In this document: in pieces, positions 18,601 through 28,531 of the stretch
How the letters are laid out: every line of letters begins with the position of its first letter
How positions within the stretch are numbered: the first letter of the stretch is position 1
NCBI GenBank assembly: GCA_051881395.1
Contig: JBJEPU010000074.1
Span: 1 to 55,863 of the forward strand
Source of the DNA: Candidatus Fimenecus sp.
GTDB taxonomy: Bacteria > Bacillota > Clostridia > Oscillospirales > Acutalibacteraceae
Length of the DNA: 55,863 nt
Direction: 5' to 3'
Notes under the pieces: model-generated
What the model was told of the DNA's origin: nothing
Databases searched by the model: none
Seen by the model: only the letters and a program-made list of their open reading frames with translations
Position numbers and translations under genes: made by a program

Positions 18601-19751
18601 GCCGTTCCCCGTAACACAAAAGGTAATTCTTCAACAAATTTTTGATGCAGCCTGCACACCAAATCACGGTTTTGCTCTTTTTTGGAGAGGTCTACCTGCA
18701 AAACTGCCTGCGCAATTGCCTGCGGCTTATATTCGTAATAATACACCCAATTTTCCGAAACAGCCGCGCGTGCAAATGCCTCGGAATAACCGGTCACCAC
18801 CGTTAAATCGTGCGCAACATAGGTCAATAGTTTTGAGGGAAAAACATTGTTAGCAAAATCCGCCTCCATAATATAACTGCTGATACCGATACGGCATTTC
18901 ATCAGGAAGTCCGAAAAAGCCTGTCCCTGCAAAAATCCGTCATACGAAACCGCCGTATACCCCAACTGCGTGTTAATTTCACTGACACGCGTTTTGAGTT
19001 TTTCAATGGTTTGCGGTCTGCCGAAGCCGAGAATATGCATTTTATAGTGCGGTGTTAAAAAGGCAGAAGTCTCCAACGCCGTAAATGCGCCGCACTTCGT
19101 TTCTTCAATGGTGCCGGCATAGACAATATGTATACGGTCATCATCAAAATGTACATCTCTTTTTTGCGGAACAGTATATGCCCCGTACACAACCGCTGAC
19201 GGTTTTCCACCAATCTGTACGGTATTTGCTATGGTGTCGTTCACCAAAAGATAGCCGTCCGCCTGCTCCAAAAAATGCTCTTCCTGCGCGCGTTTTTCGG
19301 CGCTCCATCCCCAGGAATGTGCGTACAGTTCTTCAATATCCATCACCAAACGGAATTTTTTCAAACGGCGTGCGACGGAAACCCCCTTCATAAACGCCAG
19401 GGAATGATACACCATTACCGTATCCTCCGCCTGCACATACCGCAGAATATACCAAAGCAACTGCAAATTTTTTAATACTCTGGAAAGCAAAGAAGTGATT
19501 TTACCGCTGACACGAACGGCGAATATGTATGCGATCTGCGTTCCGTCTGCCGTGACAACCCGTTTTGGCAGGCAAATGCGTTTATGCCGACTGTCGGATA
19601 ATGACCAAACCGTAACGGAAAATCCCACTTCGTGCATGGCTTGAATGATATAGTCCATTTTCGCTTTTGCGGGAACGGCGAATTTATACATATCTGTATT
19701 CTGTTCGTCAGCATAATGCCCGACATAATAGACTTTTCCCACGGGATTCAC
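18597..19751 (-). CDS. GT-B fold glycosyltransferase (divergent)
   Basis: GTG start in a GTGA overlap with the upstream stop. A C-terminal FPSKLLTYVAHDLTVV motif is present. Assigned by motif and context only. Confidence 0.55.
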   Translation of the reverse strand: MNPVGKVYYVGHYADEQNTDMYKFAVPAKAKMDYIIQAMHEVGFSVTVWSLSDSRHKRICLPKRVVTADGTQIAYIFAVRVSGKITSLLSRVLKNLQLLWYILRYVQAEDTVMVYHSLAFMKGVSVARRLKKFRLVMDIEELYAHSWGWSAEKRAQEEHFLEQADGYLLVNDTIANTVQIGGKPSAVVYGAYTVPQKRDVHFDDDRIHIVYAGTIEETKCGAFTALETSAFLTPHYKMHILGFGRPQTIEKLKTRVSEINTQLGYTAVSYDGFLQGQAFSDFLMKCRIGISSYIMEADFANNVFPSKLLTYVAHDLTVVTGYSEAFARAAVSENWVYYYEYKPQAIAQAVLQVDLSKKEQNRDLVCRLHQKFVEELPFVLRGTA

Positions 19752-20980
19752 CTCTGTTTCTCCAATGCTTTTTGATAGACTTCCAAATAGGCGGCAATAT
19801 TGTTTTCTTTGTTAAAATTGTGCAGTCCGAACGCACGGCAAGCCGCAGAGTAAGACGGTTTTCCGTTTTGCAATACCGTTTGTACCGCATCTGCCACTGC
19901 GCCGACATCGTGCAACGGCACCACACTGCCGCAACCGTCTCCGACAAGTTCGGGACAAGCGGTTGTATTATAAACAATCACGGGCGTACCGCAACAAAGC
20001 GCCTCCGCCGTAGTTTTCCCGAAAGACTCTGCCTCTGACAAATTCAAGAACGCCTCTGCACCGCTGTAAAACGATGCAAGTGTTTTTGCATCGGCTACAT
20101 ACGGAATCAATCGCACCCGATTTTGCAATTCCGCAGGAATATGTACCGATTCTCCCTTGCCAATCAAAACGACTGACACGGAATCGGGCAGTTGTTTTGC
20201 AAGTTCCAACCAGTCTGTAATCCCTTTTGCCGTGCTCCATCTGCCGCAGACGCCGAGAATATACTTTTGCGCAGGCGAAATGCCGTACTTTTCTAAAACA
20301 GCTGTATCTGCCTTCGGTGAAAACACCTCGGTATCGACCCAATTATAAATCCGCACAATCTCACGCGTGCCGAGCATAGACCGCCGCAGTTCCCCGGCAA
20401 TCCAGTCCGACACCGCAATCAGTGTAAGGTTGTTGACCTTGTCATATGCCCGCTTCTTGATTTGATACATATTTGCGCTTCTGTCTGCAAACCAAGACGG
20501 CGGGTAGCAATGCTTTTGCGGGCAATCCCCACAGCCGTTTTCCCAACGCGTACAACCTGCCGCAACATAATGCGCGCAGTTTCCCGTATACGCCCAGCAA
20601 TCGTGAATCGTATAGACAACAGGCAAATTCCGCTTAGCAATATAGTCAAACAGCATTGGAATGTTCAAATAGTTGCCGTGCAAATTGTTCAGATGCAACA
20701 GGTCCGGCTGAAAAGCATCAATTTGTTTTATAAGCGCACGCGTACCGAAAACGGAATACACGCCCTGTAAACCCGTAAGCCTTGACAGAAAAGCATGCAG
20801 TTTCTTTTCATAGGTCATACCAAAGCGAACGGCATCGGCGTACGGTGAGGTTTTCTGTCCGTAGAAAATACGGGTTTCCACATCATACTGCCGCAGTTGT
20901 GCCGCGATTTCCACAGCGTTTCTGCCGGTAGAGCCGTAAGTGCAAACGGTATTGACCTGAATAACCTTCAAACCTGTCAT
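19748..20980 (-). CDS. Family 4 glycosyltransferase
   Basis: Start trimmed to MTGLKVIQV (ATGA overlap with the upstream stop at 20977-20980). SEAESFGKTTAEALCCGTPVIV matches the E-x7-E region. Confidence 0.8.
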   Translation of the reverse strand: MTGLKVIQVNTVCTYGSTGRNAVEIAAQLRQYDVETRIFYGQKTSPYADAVRFGMTYEKKLHAFLSRLTGLQGVYSVFGTRALIKQIDAFQPDLLHLNNLHGNYLNIPMLFDYIAKRNLPVVYTIHDCWAYTGNCAHYVAAGCTRWENGCGDCPQKHCYPPSWFADRSANMYQIKKRAYDKVNNLTLIAVSDWIAGELRRSMLGTREIVRIYNWVDTEVFSPKADTAVLEKYGISPAQKYILGVCGRWSTAKGITDWLELAKQLPDSVSVVLIGKGESVHIPAELQNRVRLIPYVADAKTLASFYSGAEAFLNLSEAESFGKTTAEALCCGTPVIVYNTTACPELVGDGCGSVVPLHDVGAVADAVQTVLQNGKPSYSAACRAFGLHNFNKENNIAAYLEVYQKALEKQR

Positions 20981-22260
20981 CCTTTCCTTGTATTTTGCAA
21001 CGATGCACACAAATCGGCACGAATTTTTTGAATATCATGGTTGCGTGCACCGCACTGCCACGCCTTTTCGGCATATTCAGCAATCAAAGCGGGATTTTCC
21101 GCAAGTGCGGATAACTTTTCAAAGATTTCGGCGGTACTGCACGCGGTAACCGCCGCATCGTTGCGAATGAGATAGTCCATAGAGGCGACATCGCGGTCAC
21201 CGACAGCAAAAATACACTTTGCTTTCGAAAAATAGTCCACTATTTTAGTGGAGAAAGAAAGGCGCACCTCATATTTCTCACGCCGTTCAAAGCTTTCGCA
21301 ATGCAAAAGAATATCCGCTTCACCCTGTAAGCGCAACGCCTCCTGCCCGCTGACCGCACCTTTAAATGCGGAACAGTCGGGAATTTCTATCGCCGCGCGC
21401 ATCGACTCTGTCAGCGGTGTGACGGAGTAAACCTCCATCGTCATTTTGGTACCGTTTTGGTTGACGGCTTGTATGGCTTTGGCGATTGCAGAAACCGTTT
21501 TCCATCGCCCCGAAGAAAGATTCCCCGTAAAACAGATTTTCAGCGGGTCATTTACCGCCTTATTCTGCGGACGCTGTGAAAAATCAGCGCCCTTATACAA
21601 AACGGTGCAAGGCTTGTGAAAGGCTTTTTCGTATTCCGCCTTTTGCTTTTCACTGATTACAAACAATTTTTCCCCTGCCGCAACCGTCTTTCGGATTTGA
21701 CGGCGCAGTGCAAAACGGTACAGCCAGTAAAAGGGGGAAAAACGGTATTGCTTTAACGAATAAATATCGTCCGAAACAAAGGATATAAGCGGTGCACCGG
21801 TCAATTTTGCGATATATCGTTCAATCGGGTGCATATAAATATGCCCATACAGCGGTGCAAAAATCACATCAGGCGCAAAATCCGCCAAAAACGATTTCAA
21901 CGCTTCGGTTTTCCACACCCCTGTTCGAAACAGCAGGTCCCGTAAGACAAAAAACGCGGTCAGCCGATGCTTTTTGCCGAATTTCTGCACCGAATCGGTT
22001 TTCTGCGGCACTGTCTGCGGTACACATTCCACAGCCTTGCCGCAGGTACGGGTTTTACGAAGCAAGCGCCGTATAATATCCGTTTCGGACACCCGAAAAA
22101 ATCGGCTTGCAATCGGCGTATCGGGCGTGCCACTGCCGAAATACAAATGGGCAATTTCCGTATTCTCCATATCGCCGAACAGCGTCGAATAGGTATTTCC
22201 GAAATTTGTAGCACTGTTCCACGCCACTCTGGAAACCACTAAAACCTTCAAATTAAGCAT
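20977..22260 (-). CDS. GT-B fold glycosyltransferase
   Basis: Start trimmed to MLNLKVLVVS (first ATG, 8-nt overlap with the upstream gene). SFSTKIVDYFSKAKCIFAVG is the C-terminal motif. The SD spacing is weak, so the start is less certain. Confidence 0.55.
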   Translation of the reverse strand: MLNLKVLVVSRVAWNSATNFGNTYSTLFGDMENTEIAHLYFGSGTPDTPIASRFFRVSETDIIRRLLRKTRTCGKAVECVPQTVPQKTDSVQKFGKKHRLTAFFVLRDLLFRTGVWKTEALKSFLADFAPDVIFAPLYGHIYMHPIERYIAKLTGAPLISFVSDDIYSLKQYRFSPFYWLYRFALRRQIRKTVAAGEKLFVISEKQKAEYEKAFHKPCTVLYKGADFSQRPQNKAVNDPLKICFTGNLSSGRWKTVSAIAKAIQAVNQNGTKMTMEVYSVTPLTESMRAAIEIPDCSAFKGAVSGQEALRLQGEADILLHCESFERREKYEVRLSFSTKIVDYFSKAKCIFAVGDRDVASMDYLIRNDAAVTACSTAEIFEKLSALAENPALIAEYAEKAWQCGARNHDIQKIRADLCASLQNTRKG

Positions 22261-23389
22261 CCTTTCGGGAGGAATAAATCGCACACATCGCCTGTCTTGC
22301 GCTGTCTGCCGTGTAGCCGCGCTCGTCAAACACGCGTTCAATCGTTGTCTGCGGCACCTTCGGCAGTGACTCCGCCGCCAAAACGGCGTCTACCCAGTCG
22401 CTTTGCGGCGCTGTCAACGGCAAATACTGCGTCAGCCCCAACTGCAAATCCGTTTCCGCCTGCGGAATAGCGTCCGACAGCACGCAAGGCGTACCTGCCG
22501 CCTGCGCTTCAATCGCCACGCCGCAAAGCCCTTCATACAGTGAGGGCATCACCACCACATCAAAAAGATGCAGCCAACGGTAGACATCATTGCGTACACC
22601 CGTAAACACAACGCGGTCGGTAAGACCATACTGTGCCGCTTTTGCCTCGATATCGGCACGCATACTGCCGTCTCCGATAAACACAAGCCGCGCATTGGGC
22701 TTTTTTTCTAAAACGGCGCGATACAAATCCAGCAAAAACGCCTGATTTTTCATCGGTGCAAAGCGACCGATGTGCCCAATGATAAAATCGTTTTTGCAAA
22801 GACCGAAACTTTCATACAAATCCACAACCGAACAATCGGGCGACGAAAAATAGGGCGTTGTATCAATCGCATTCGGCAAAACACGCACATTCTGTTTTTG
22901 CAGTGCGTTTTTCCCGAACAAATAGCGCGCCGCCGCTTCGGAAATTGCCAAACGGTGTGTGGCATACCGTGCAATCAGCGCGCGCCCAACCGCAAGCATA
23001 ATTTTTTGCTTTATGCCGCCCTGTTTGCTACCCGTTGTACGGGAATGCGCAATACGCACCGGCACACCTGCACGCGCGGCGGCAAGCACGGCAAAACCGC
23101 AATGAAAAGAAGTATGCGCATGCACCGCGTCATACGGCCCGTTTTCACGCAGTATTTTTTCAATTGCGCGCAGATTGGCAAGGGGATTTACACGCGGCGG
23201 CGGAAGTTTAAAGATCCTACCGCCCAAGTTTCGAATTTCCGCCTCGTAATACTGTTCGGACAAATCCATTGTCAAAAAGTCAAAGGCATACTTTTCTCTA
23301 TCCAACCCACGGTAAATATCCATCATTCGGGTTTCCGCACCGCCCATATTCAACGAACCGAATATTTGCAGTACGCGTATCGGCGCCAT
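22253..23389 (-). CDS. Family 4 glycosyltransferase
   Basis: IRVLQIFGSLNMGGAETRMMDIY at the N-terminus and PSLYEGLCGVAIEAQAAGTPCV (E-x7-E). Confidence 0.85.
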   Translation of the reverse strand: MAPIRVLQIFGSLNMGGAETRMMDIYRGLDREKYAFDFLTMDLSEQYYEAEIRNLGGRIFKLPPPRVNPLANLRAIEKILRENGPYDAVHAHTSFHCGFAVLAAARAGVPVRIAHSRTTGSKQGGIKQKIMLAVGRALIARYATHRLAISEAAARYLFGKNALQKQNVRVLPNAIDTTPYFSSPDCSVVDLYESFGLCKNDFIIGHIGRFAPMKNQAFLLDLYRAVLEKKPNARLVFIGDGSMRADIEAKAAQYGLTDRVVFTGVRNDVYRWLHLFDVVVMPSLYEGLCGVAIEAQAAGTPCVLSDAIPQAETDLQLGLTQYLPLTAPQSDWVDAVLAAESLPKVPQTTIERVFDERGYTADSARQAMCAIYSSRKDA

Positions 23390-24363
23390 TAAAGATTCTC
23401 CTTATACCATTGGATGGCAAGTTGAATACCGTCTGCAAAACTGTATTCGGGGTCATAACCGAGCAAACGCTTTGCCTTGGAAATATCGGCGTTGGAGTGC
23501 TTAATATCGCCCTTGCGGTCGGGGCCGAAATTCGGCTCTACCGAAACGCCGAGCGCCTTGGTAAGCCCGTAGTAAATGTCAATCAAATACTCTCTGCCGC
23601 CGTAGGCAATGTTGTACGCCTCTCCTGCCGCTTCGTGCGGCGCCAAGCACGCCTTCAGGTTTGCCTCAATGACATTGTCGATATAGGTGAAGTCGCGGCT
23701 TTGTCTGCCGTCGCCGTTGATGGTGGGCGTTTCACCGTTCATCAGTTGTTTTATAAACTTCGGAATGACTGTGGCGTATGCACCGTCGGGGTCTTGCCGC
23801 CGCCCGAACACATTGAAATACCGCATACCGTAGGTATCCAAGCCGTAAAGTTTGGTATAGAGTTTTGCATACTCCTCGTCACAGCGTTTGGTCAGCGCAT
23901 AGGGCGAAAGCAAATTGCCCTCGCGCCCTTCGGTTTTCGGCAAATTCGGCTCATCGCCGTAAACCGAGGAGGAGGACGCATACACAAACTTTTTCACGCC
24001 GTTTTGACGCGCCGCCTCTAACATATTGAGCGTACCCTCAATATTGTTTTTGCAATAGAAAATCGGCATTTCAATGGAGCGCGGGACACTGCCCCACGCC
24101 GCTTGGTTTAAGACATAGTCCACACCCTTGCAGGCTTCCATACAGGTGTCCAAATCCTTAATATCGCCTTTGATAAAGGTGTAATTCGGATTGTCCTTAA
24201 ACATATCCACATTTGCCTGTTTCCCTGTGGAAAGGTCGTCAAGCGCTTTTACTTTACAACCCTTTTCAAGGATTGCCTCGCAAAGGTTAGAACCGATAAA
24301 ACCCGCCGCACCCGTAACGAGAAAAGTGGTATTTTCGGGGAACTGTAATGCTTTATAGCCCAT
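23389..24363 (-). CDS. NAD-dependent UDP-sugar 4-epimerase, TviC/WbpP-like
   Basis: VTGAAGFIGSNL Rossmann motif and SPYALTK (YxxxK). It is about 320 aa and lies near a TviB-like dehydrogenase. Confidence 0.75.
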   Translation of the reverse strand: MGYKALQFPENTTFLVTGAAGFIGSNLCEAILEKGCKVKALDDLSTGKQANVDMFKDNPNYTFIKGDIKDLDTCMEACKGVDYVLNQAAWGSVPRSIEMPIFYCKNNIEGTLNMLEAARQNGVKKFVYASSSSVYGDEPNLPKTEGREGNLLSPYALTKRCDEEYAKLYTKLYGLDTYGMRYFNVFGRRQDPDGAYATVIPKFIKQLMNGETPTINGDGRQSRDFTYIDNVIEANLKACLAPHEAAGEAYNIAYGGREYLIDIYYGLTKALGVSVEPNFGPDRKGDIKHSNADISKAKRLLGYDPEYSFADGIQLAIQWYKENL

Positions 24364-24391
24364 AAGTAAACATCCTAACTTTTTTAAACTT

Positions 24392-25423
24392 TTATGCTTT
24401 TAAATTTTTTATGCTTTTCATTATTTTTGAAGAAAGCCAATGCAACAGAATCGCATACAGTAAAGACGCCGTTAAAATCAGCAACAAATTTATCGGCATT
24501 AATCGGGTACTGTGCAACAGCGACACCGCGCCTTGAATAAACATATAGTGCACAATATAGATTTCATAGGAGAGTTTGTCCAAAAAGAGAAGCGGTTTTT
24601 GTAAGGGCAACAGTACACGGTAAGCAACCCGAACAAACCAAATGCCTGCCAATGTCAAAAACGCAGCTATCAGCACATTCGCATATACTGCCACTGCGCC
24701 GTCATAAACCGCGGCAAAAATGCCGTCGGCGGCTTCTGCCTGTTTGCTGAGAACAAGCCGCAAAACACCAACTCCTCCGGCAAAGACCCCTACCGCAAGA
24801 ACAGTTTTCCAGTTCAACCCGCGCAAAAGCGGCTCTGCATAAAAATAAGCACCTGTATAGACAGCTACTCCCGCCATAAATTGGAAGCAGGGTTGTTTAA
24901 ACAATAAATACAGACCGATTTGCAAAAGCACCAGCGCAGCAACCAGCATAAGCTTAACAGAGCTTTTTTTGCTTTGCAGTTTTTGCAAAAGCGGCGTTAC
25001 TAAATAGCAAACAGCAATAAACGTCAAAAACCATAAATGCCCCGTAACGCCTTCTTGCAAGCCCATCGGTACAAAGCCCTGCAAATTGAAAAGCCAAACC
25101 GCAAAGCCCTTTAACGGCATAGCAAAAGCGCCCGTTAAAACAGAACAATAGATAATTGCAATTATAATATAGATGTACTCCGGCACCGCCAAACGCAGCC
25201 AACGGTTTTTAAGCCAACTGCGCGGTTTCTCTATGCACCGCGTAGAAAACAAATATCCGGAAATGAAGAAGAATATATAAATCGCACAATTCAGCATCTG
25301 TGCCACCGCACGAAGTACAGGAACGGCAGAGGCACTGAAAAGATGACAGACAACAATCATCATACAGGCAAGCACACGAACACAGGAAAGTGCATAACTG
25401 TCTTTTGCACCGATTTTGCTCAT
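24392..25423 (-). CDS. Acyltransferase-3 family membrane O-acyltransferase
   Basis: 343 aa, about 10 TM segments, with an N-terminal LSCVRVLACMMIVVCH pattern. It sits between the dehydrogenase and the epimerase. Confidence 0.7.
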   Translation of the reverse strand: MSKIGAKDSYALSCVRVLACMMIVVCHLFSASAVPVLRAVAQMLNCAIYIFFFISGYLFSTRCIEKPRSWLKNRWLRLAVPEYIYIIIAIIYCSVLTGAFAMPLKGFAVWLFNLQGFVPMGLQEGVTGHLWFLTFIAVCYLVTPLLQKLQSKKSSVKLMLVAALVLLQIGLYLLFKQPCFQFMAGVAVYTGAYFYAEPLLRGLNWKTVLAVGVFAGGVGVLRLVLSKQAEAADGIFAAVYDGAVAVYANVLIAAFLTLAGIWFVRVAYRVLLPLQKPLLFLDKLSYEIYIVHYMFIQGAVSLLHSTRLMPINLLLILTASLLYAILLHWLSSKIMKSIKNLKA

Positions 25424-26742
25424 TACAGTCTCCAGTAGTTATACCCTGCCGCTTCGTATGCTTTGCGGTCGAGAAGGCCCTTAATATCCACAAGTACCTT
25501 TTTGCTGTTGTCGCCCGCTTTGAACATTTTTTCAAAGTCGGCGGCGGAAAGGTCTTTAAACTGCTCATGCGCAACCGCCAAAATCACAGCATCGCAATCT
25601 TGAACCGTGTCCATATCCACAAATTCAATGCCGTAAAGCCGCTTTGCCTCCTCCGCATCGGCGGCGGGGTCGGCAATCGTTGCGGTAATCCCGTATTCTT
25701 TCAGTTCGTTGTAAATATCAACAATTTTTGTATTGCGCGTATCGGGGCAATTCTCCTTAAAGGTAAAGCCCAAAATTGCTACCTTTGCATTTTTGATAGA
25801 AACATCGGCTTTAATTAAATTTTTCACCGTGCTTTCGGCAACATATTTGCCCATATCGTCGTTGATGCGTCTGCCGGACAGAATAATTTGGCTGTGATAG
25901 CCCATTTCCTCTGCCTTGTAAGTCAAATAATAGGGGTCAACACCGATGCAGTGCCCGCCGACAAGACCGGGGTAGAATTTTAAAAAATTCCACTTTGTAC
26001 CTGCCGCTTTTAAGACGGACTGTGTGTCAATGCCCATTTTGTTAAAAATAATGGAAAGTTCATTCATAAAGGCGATGTTGATGTCGCGCTGGCTGTTTTC
26101 AATCACCTTTGCCGCCTCGGCAACTTTGATGCTTTCAGCACGGTGCACGCCTGCTTCCACCACCAATTCATACACATTTGCAATTTCTTCTAACGAGTCT
26201 TCGTCCATACCGCTGACGATTTTGGTGATGGTTTCCAATCTATGTACCTTGTCACCGGGATTGATGCGTTCGGGGCTGTAACCCACTTTAAAATCCACAC
26301 CGCATTTCAGTCCCGATTCTTTTTCCAAAATCGGGATGCAGATATCCTCGGTCACACCGGGGTAAACGGTACTTTCATATACAACGATAGAGCCTTTTTG
26401 CAAATTTCGGCCGACAATCTCAGACGCGCCCTCCACAGGGGTCAAATCGGGCGTGTGGTCATCATTTACAGGCGTCGGCACAGCAACAATATGGAATTTT
26501 GCTTCTTTCAGCTTCGTTTCATCCGCCGTGAAATCCACCGCACAATTTTTAATGGCATCGTTGCCGACTTCGTTGGTGGGGTCAATCCCGTTTTTATACA
26601 GTTCGATTTTTTTCGCGTTCAAGTCAAAACCGACAACCTGCACTTTTTTCGAAAAAGCAACCGCTATGGGCATACCCACATAGCCAAGCCCCACCAGAGA
26701 TAATTTCTCTTCACCGTTTACAAGTTTTTCATACAAGGACAT
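25423..26742 (-). CDS. Nucleotide-sugar (UDP-HexNAc) 6-dehydrogenase, TviB/WbpO-like
   Basis: Start trimmed to MSLYEKL (AGGAAG RBS 7-8 nt upstream). VGLGYVGMP is the NAD motif and GGHCIGVDPYYL holds the catalytic Cys. Confidence 0.85.
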   Translation of the reverse strand: MSLYEKLVNGEEKLSLVGLGYVGMPIAVAFSKKVQVVGFDLNAKKIELYKNGIDPTNEVGNDAIKNCAVDFTADETKLKEAKFHIVAVPTPVNDDHTPDLTPVEGASEIVGRNLQKGSIVVYESTVYPGVTEDICIPILEKESGLKCGVDFKVGYSPERINPGDKVHRLETITKIVSGMDEDSLEEIANVYELVVEAGVHRAESIKVAEAAKVIENSQRDINIAFMNELSIIFNKMGIDTQSVLKAAGTKWNFLKFYPGLVGGHCIGVDPYYLTYKAEEMGYHSQIILSGRRINDDMGKYVAESTVKNLIKADVSIKNAKVAILGFTFKENCPDTRNTKIVDIYNELKEYGITATIADPAADAEEAKRLYGIEFVDMDTVQDCDAVILAVAHEQFKDLSAADFEKMFKAGDNSKKVLVDIKGLLDRKAYEAAGYNYWRL

Positions 26743-27868
26743 TTTCTTTCTTCCTTTCCTTTTCAATGGATATAATATTCATGATGGCCGCATTGACCTT
26801 GTTTACATCATATTTTTCCTCGGCGATTTTTCGTCCTGCCGCACCGAACGCCGCGCACTGTTTCGGATTTTCGTACAGCGTCTGCATCGCTTTTGCAACT
26901 GCTTCTGCGTTTTTCGTCTCGACCAACAGCCCGTTCACACCGTCTGTGACCGTTTCGCGGCATCCGGGGGCGTCCGTGGTAATCACCGCGCGACCCGTCG
27001 CCATCGCCTCCAAAACGGTTTTCGGCGTTCCCTCGTGGTAGGAGGGCAACACAAACACCGCTGTTTTTTCCAAATACGGACGCACATCGGACTGTTCGCC
27101 GAAATATTCCACCGTACCGTCCGCAGTATATGCGGAAAGTTCTTCCGGCTGTAAGGCGGAGGGATTGCTGTCAAAAGGACCTATGAGCATACATTCCGCC
27201 TCGGGATACACCGTTTTCAGCCTTCGGCATGCCTCTAAATACTCCATAACACCTTTGTCCTTAATCAGCCGACCGATAAACAGAAATCGTATTTGCTGTG
27301 GAAGAGGCTTTTCCGTAAACTGTTCCAAATCCACACCCGAGCCGTTGATGATTTCGGTTTTTTCCGTTTGAACAATGTTGCGACGAACCAGCTCTGCGCG
27401 GTCATCGTTATTCTGAAAAATCACAGCCTTACTTTGGCGACAGGCAAACCGATACTGCGCAGTCAGCACAGTACGCACCAAATTGGTTTTCAAGCCACTG
27501 CCGCGAAATACAGAGCCGAGACCGGCAATCAGCGTATAAAATTCGGAAATCCCGCATTGCTTTGCCGCCATCGCACCGTAAACAATGGCTTTTGCCTGAT
27601 AGGCAAAAATCTTATCCGGCTGAATATCGCGAAGCAACGCGCAAATCGCACGGTAGGTCTGTAAATCGTTCAGCGGATTGGTACCGTTCCGGCTGACGGG
27701 GATTTGGCGGTATGTAATATTCCGCGCCGCAAACCGCTCGCTCCATTCGCTTTCCGCTTCAGAGCCGACGGCATAAACCGTATGCCCGTTTTCCAAAAAA
27801 GCCTGCATCATATTCATACGGAACCAAAACAACGATGAAGTATGTGCAGACAACACCATTATTTTCAC
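26729..27868 (-). CDS. Family 4 glycosyltransferase
   Basis: GTG start in a GTGA overlap with the upstream stop (alternative ATG at 27859). PSYHEGTPKTVLEAMATGRAVI matches E-x7-E. Confidence 0.8.
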   Translation of the reverse strand: MKIMVLSAHTSSLFWFRMNMMQAFLENGHTVYAVGSEAESEWSERFAARNITYRQIPVSRNGTNPLNDLQTYRAICALLRDIQPDKIFAYQAKAIVYGAMAAKQCGISEFYTLIAGLGSVFRGSGLKTNLVRTVLTAQYRFACRQSKAVIFQNNDDRAELVRRNIVQTEKTEIINGSGVDLEQFTEKPLPQQIRFLFIGRLIKDKGVMEYLEACRRLKTVYPEAECMLIGPFDSNPSALQPEELSAYTADGTVEYFGEQSDVRPYLEKTAVFVLPSYHEGTPKTVLEAMATGRAVITTDAPGCRETVTDGVNGLLVETKNAEAVAKAMQTLYENPKQCAAFGAAGRKIAEEKYDVNKVNAAIMNIISIEKERKKENVLV

Positions 27869-28485
27869 AAATTCACCTCATCTGCTTGCTCTGTCGGTTC
27901 TTCGGACGCACCTTCCACAACGCCCGCGCCGGTCAGTACATTTTTCACGGTGCCGAACAAACACTTCAAATCCATTTTCAAGCCGCATTTTTGGACATAC
28001 TCGCCGTCAAGCGCGGCTTTTTCGGCAATCGGCAGTTCATCGCGCCCGTTAATCTGCGCCCAGCCGGTAAGTCCGGGGCGTATATCGTTCGCGCCGTACT
28101 TGTCGCGTTCTTCAATCAAGTCGTATTGATTCCAAAGCGCCGGTCGCGGTCCGATAACAGACATTTGCCCTGCTAAAATATTGAATAACTGCGGCAGTTC
28201 GTCCAAACTGGTCTTTCGTAAGAATTTGCCAATACCGGTTATGTACCGATCGGGATTTTCCAACATATGTGTCGGGCAATCTTTCGGGGTATCCGTCCGC
28301 ATCGTGCGGAATTTCCAAATCATAAAGTGGTTTTTTCCCCTGCCCACCCGCTTCTGCTTAAACAGCACGGGGCCTTTTGAGGTTGCCTTAATCAGAATTG
28401 CCAACACCAATAGCAACGGGGACAGCAACACAATTGCCGCAAAAGAGGAAAAAATATCAAATAAGCGCTTAAAGCCGGTATACAC
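27865..28485 (-). CDS. Initiating phosphoglycosyl transferase (small monotopic PglC/WbaP-C-terminal type bacterial sugar transferase)
   Basis: GTG start. There is one N-terminal hydrophobic helix, then KRVGRGKNHFMIWKFRTM ... GPRPALW ... RPGLTGWAQINGR. It is the first gene of the locus. Confidence 0.85.
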   Translation of the reverse strand: MYTGFKRLFDIFSSFAAIVLLSPLLLVLAILIKATSKGPVLFKQKRVGRGKNHFMIWKFRTMRTDTPKDCPTHMLENPDRYITGIGKFLRKTSLDELPQLFNILAGQMSVIGPRPALWNQYDLIEERDKYGANDIRPGLTGWAQINGRDELPIAEKAALDGEYVQKCGLKMDLKCLFGTVKNVLTGAGVVEGASEEPTEQADEVNL

Positions 28486-28531
28486 GCGCCCTTTCTCCCT
28501 TCTTATAATAGTACATATATATACAGATTAT

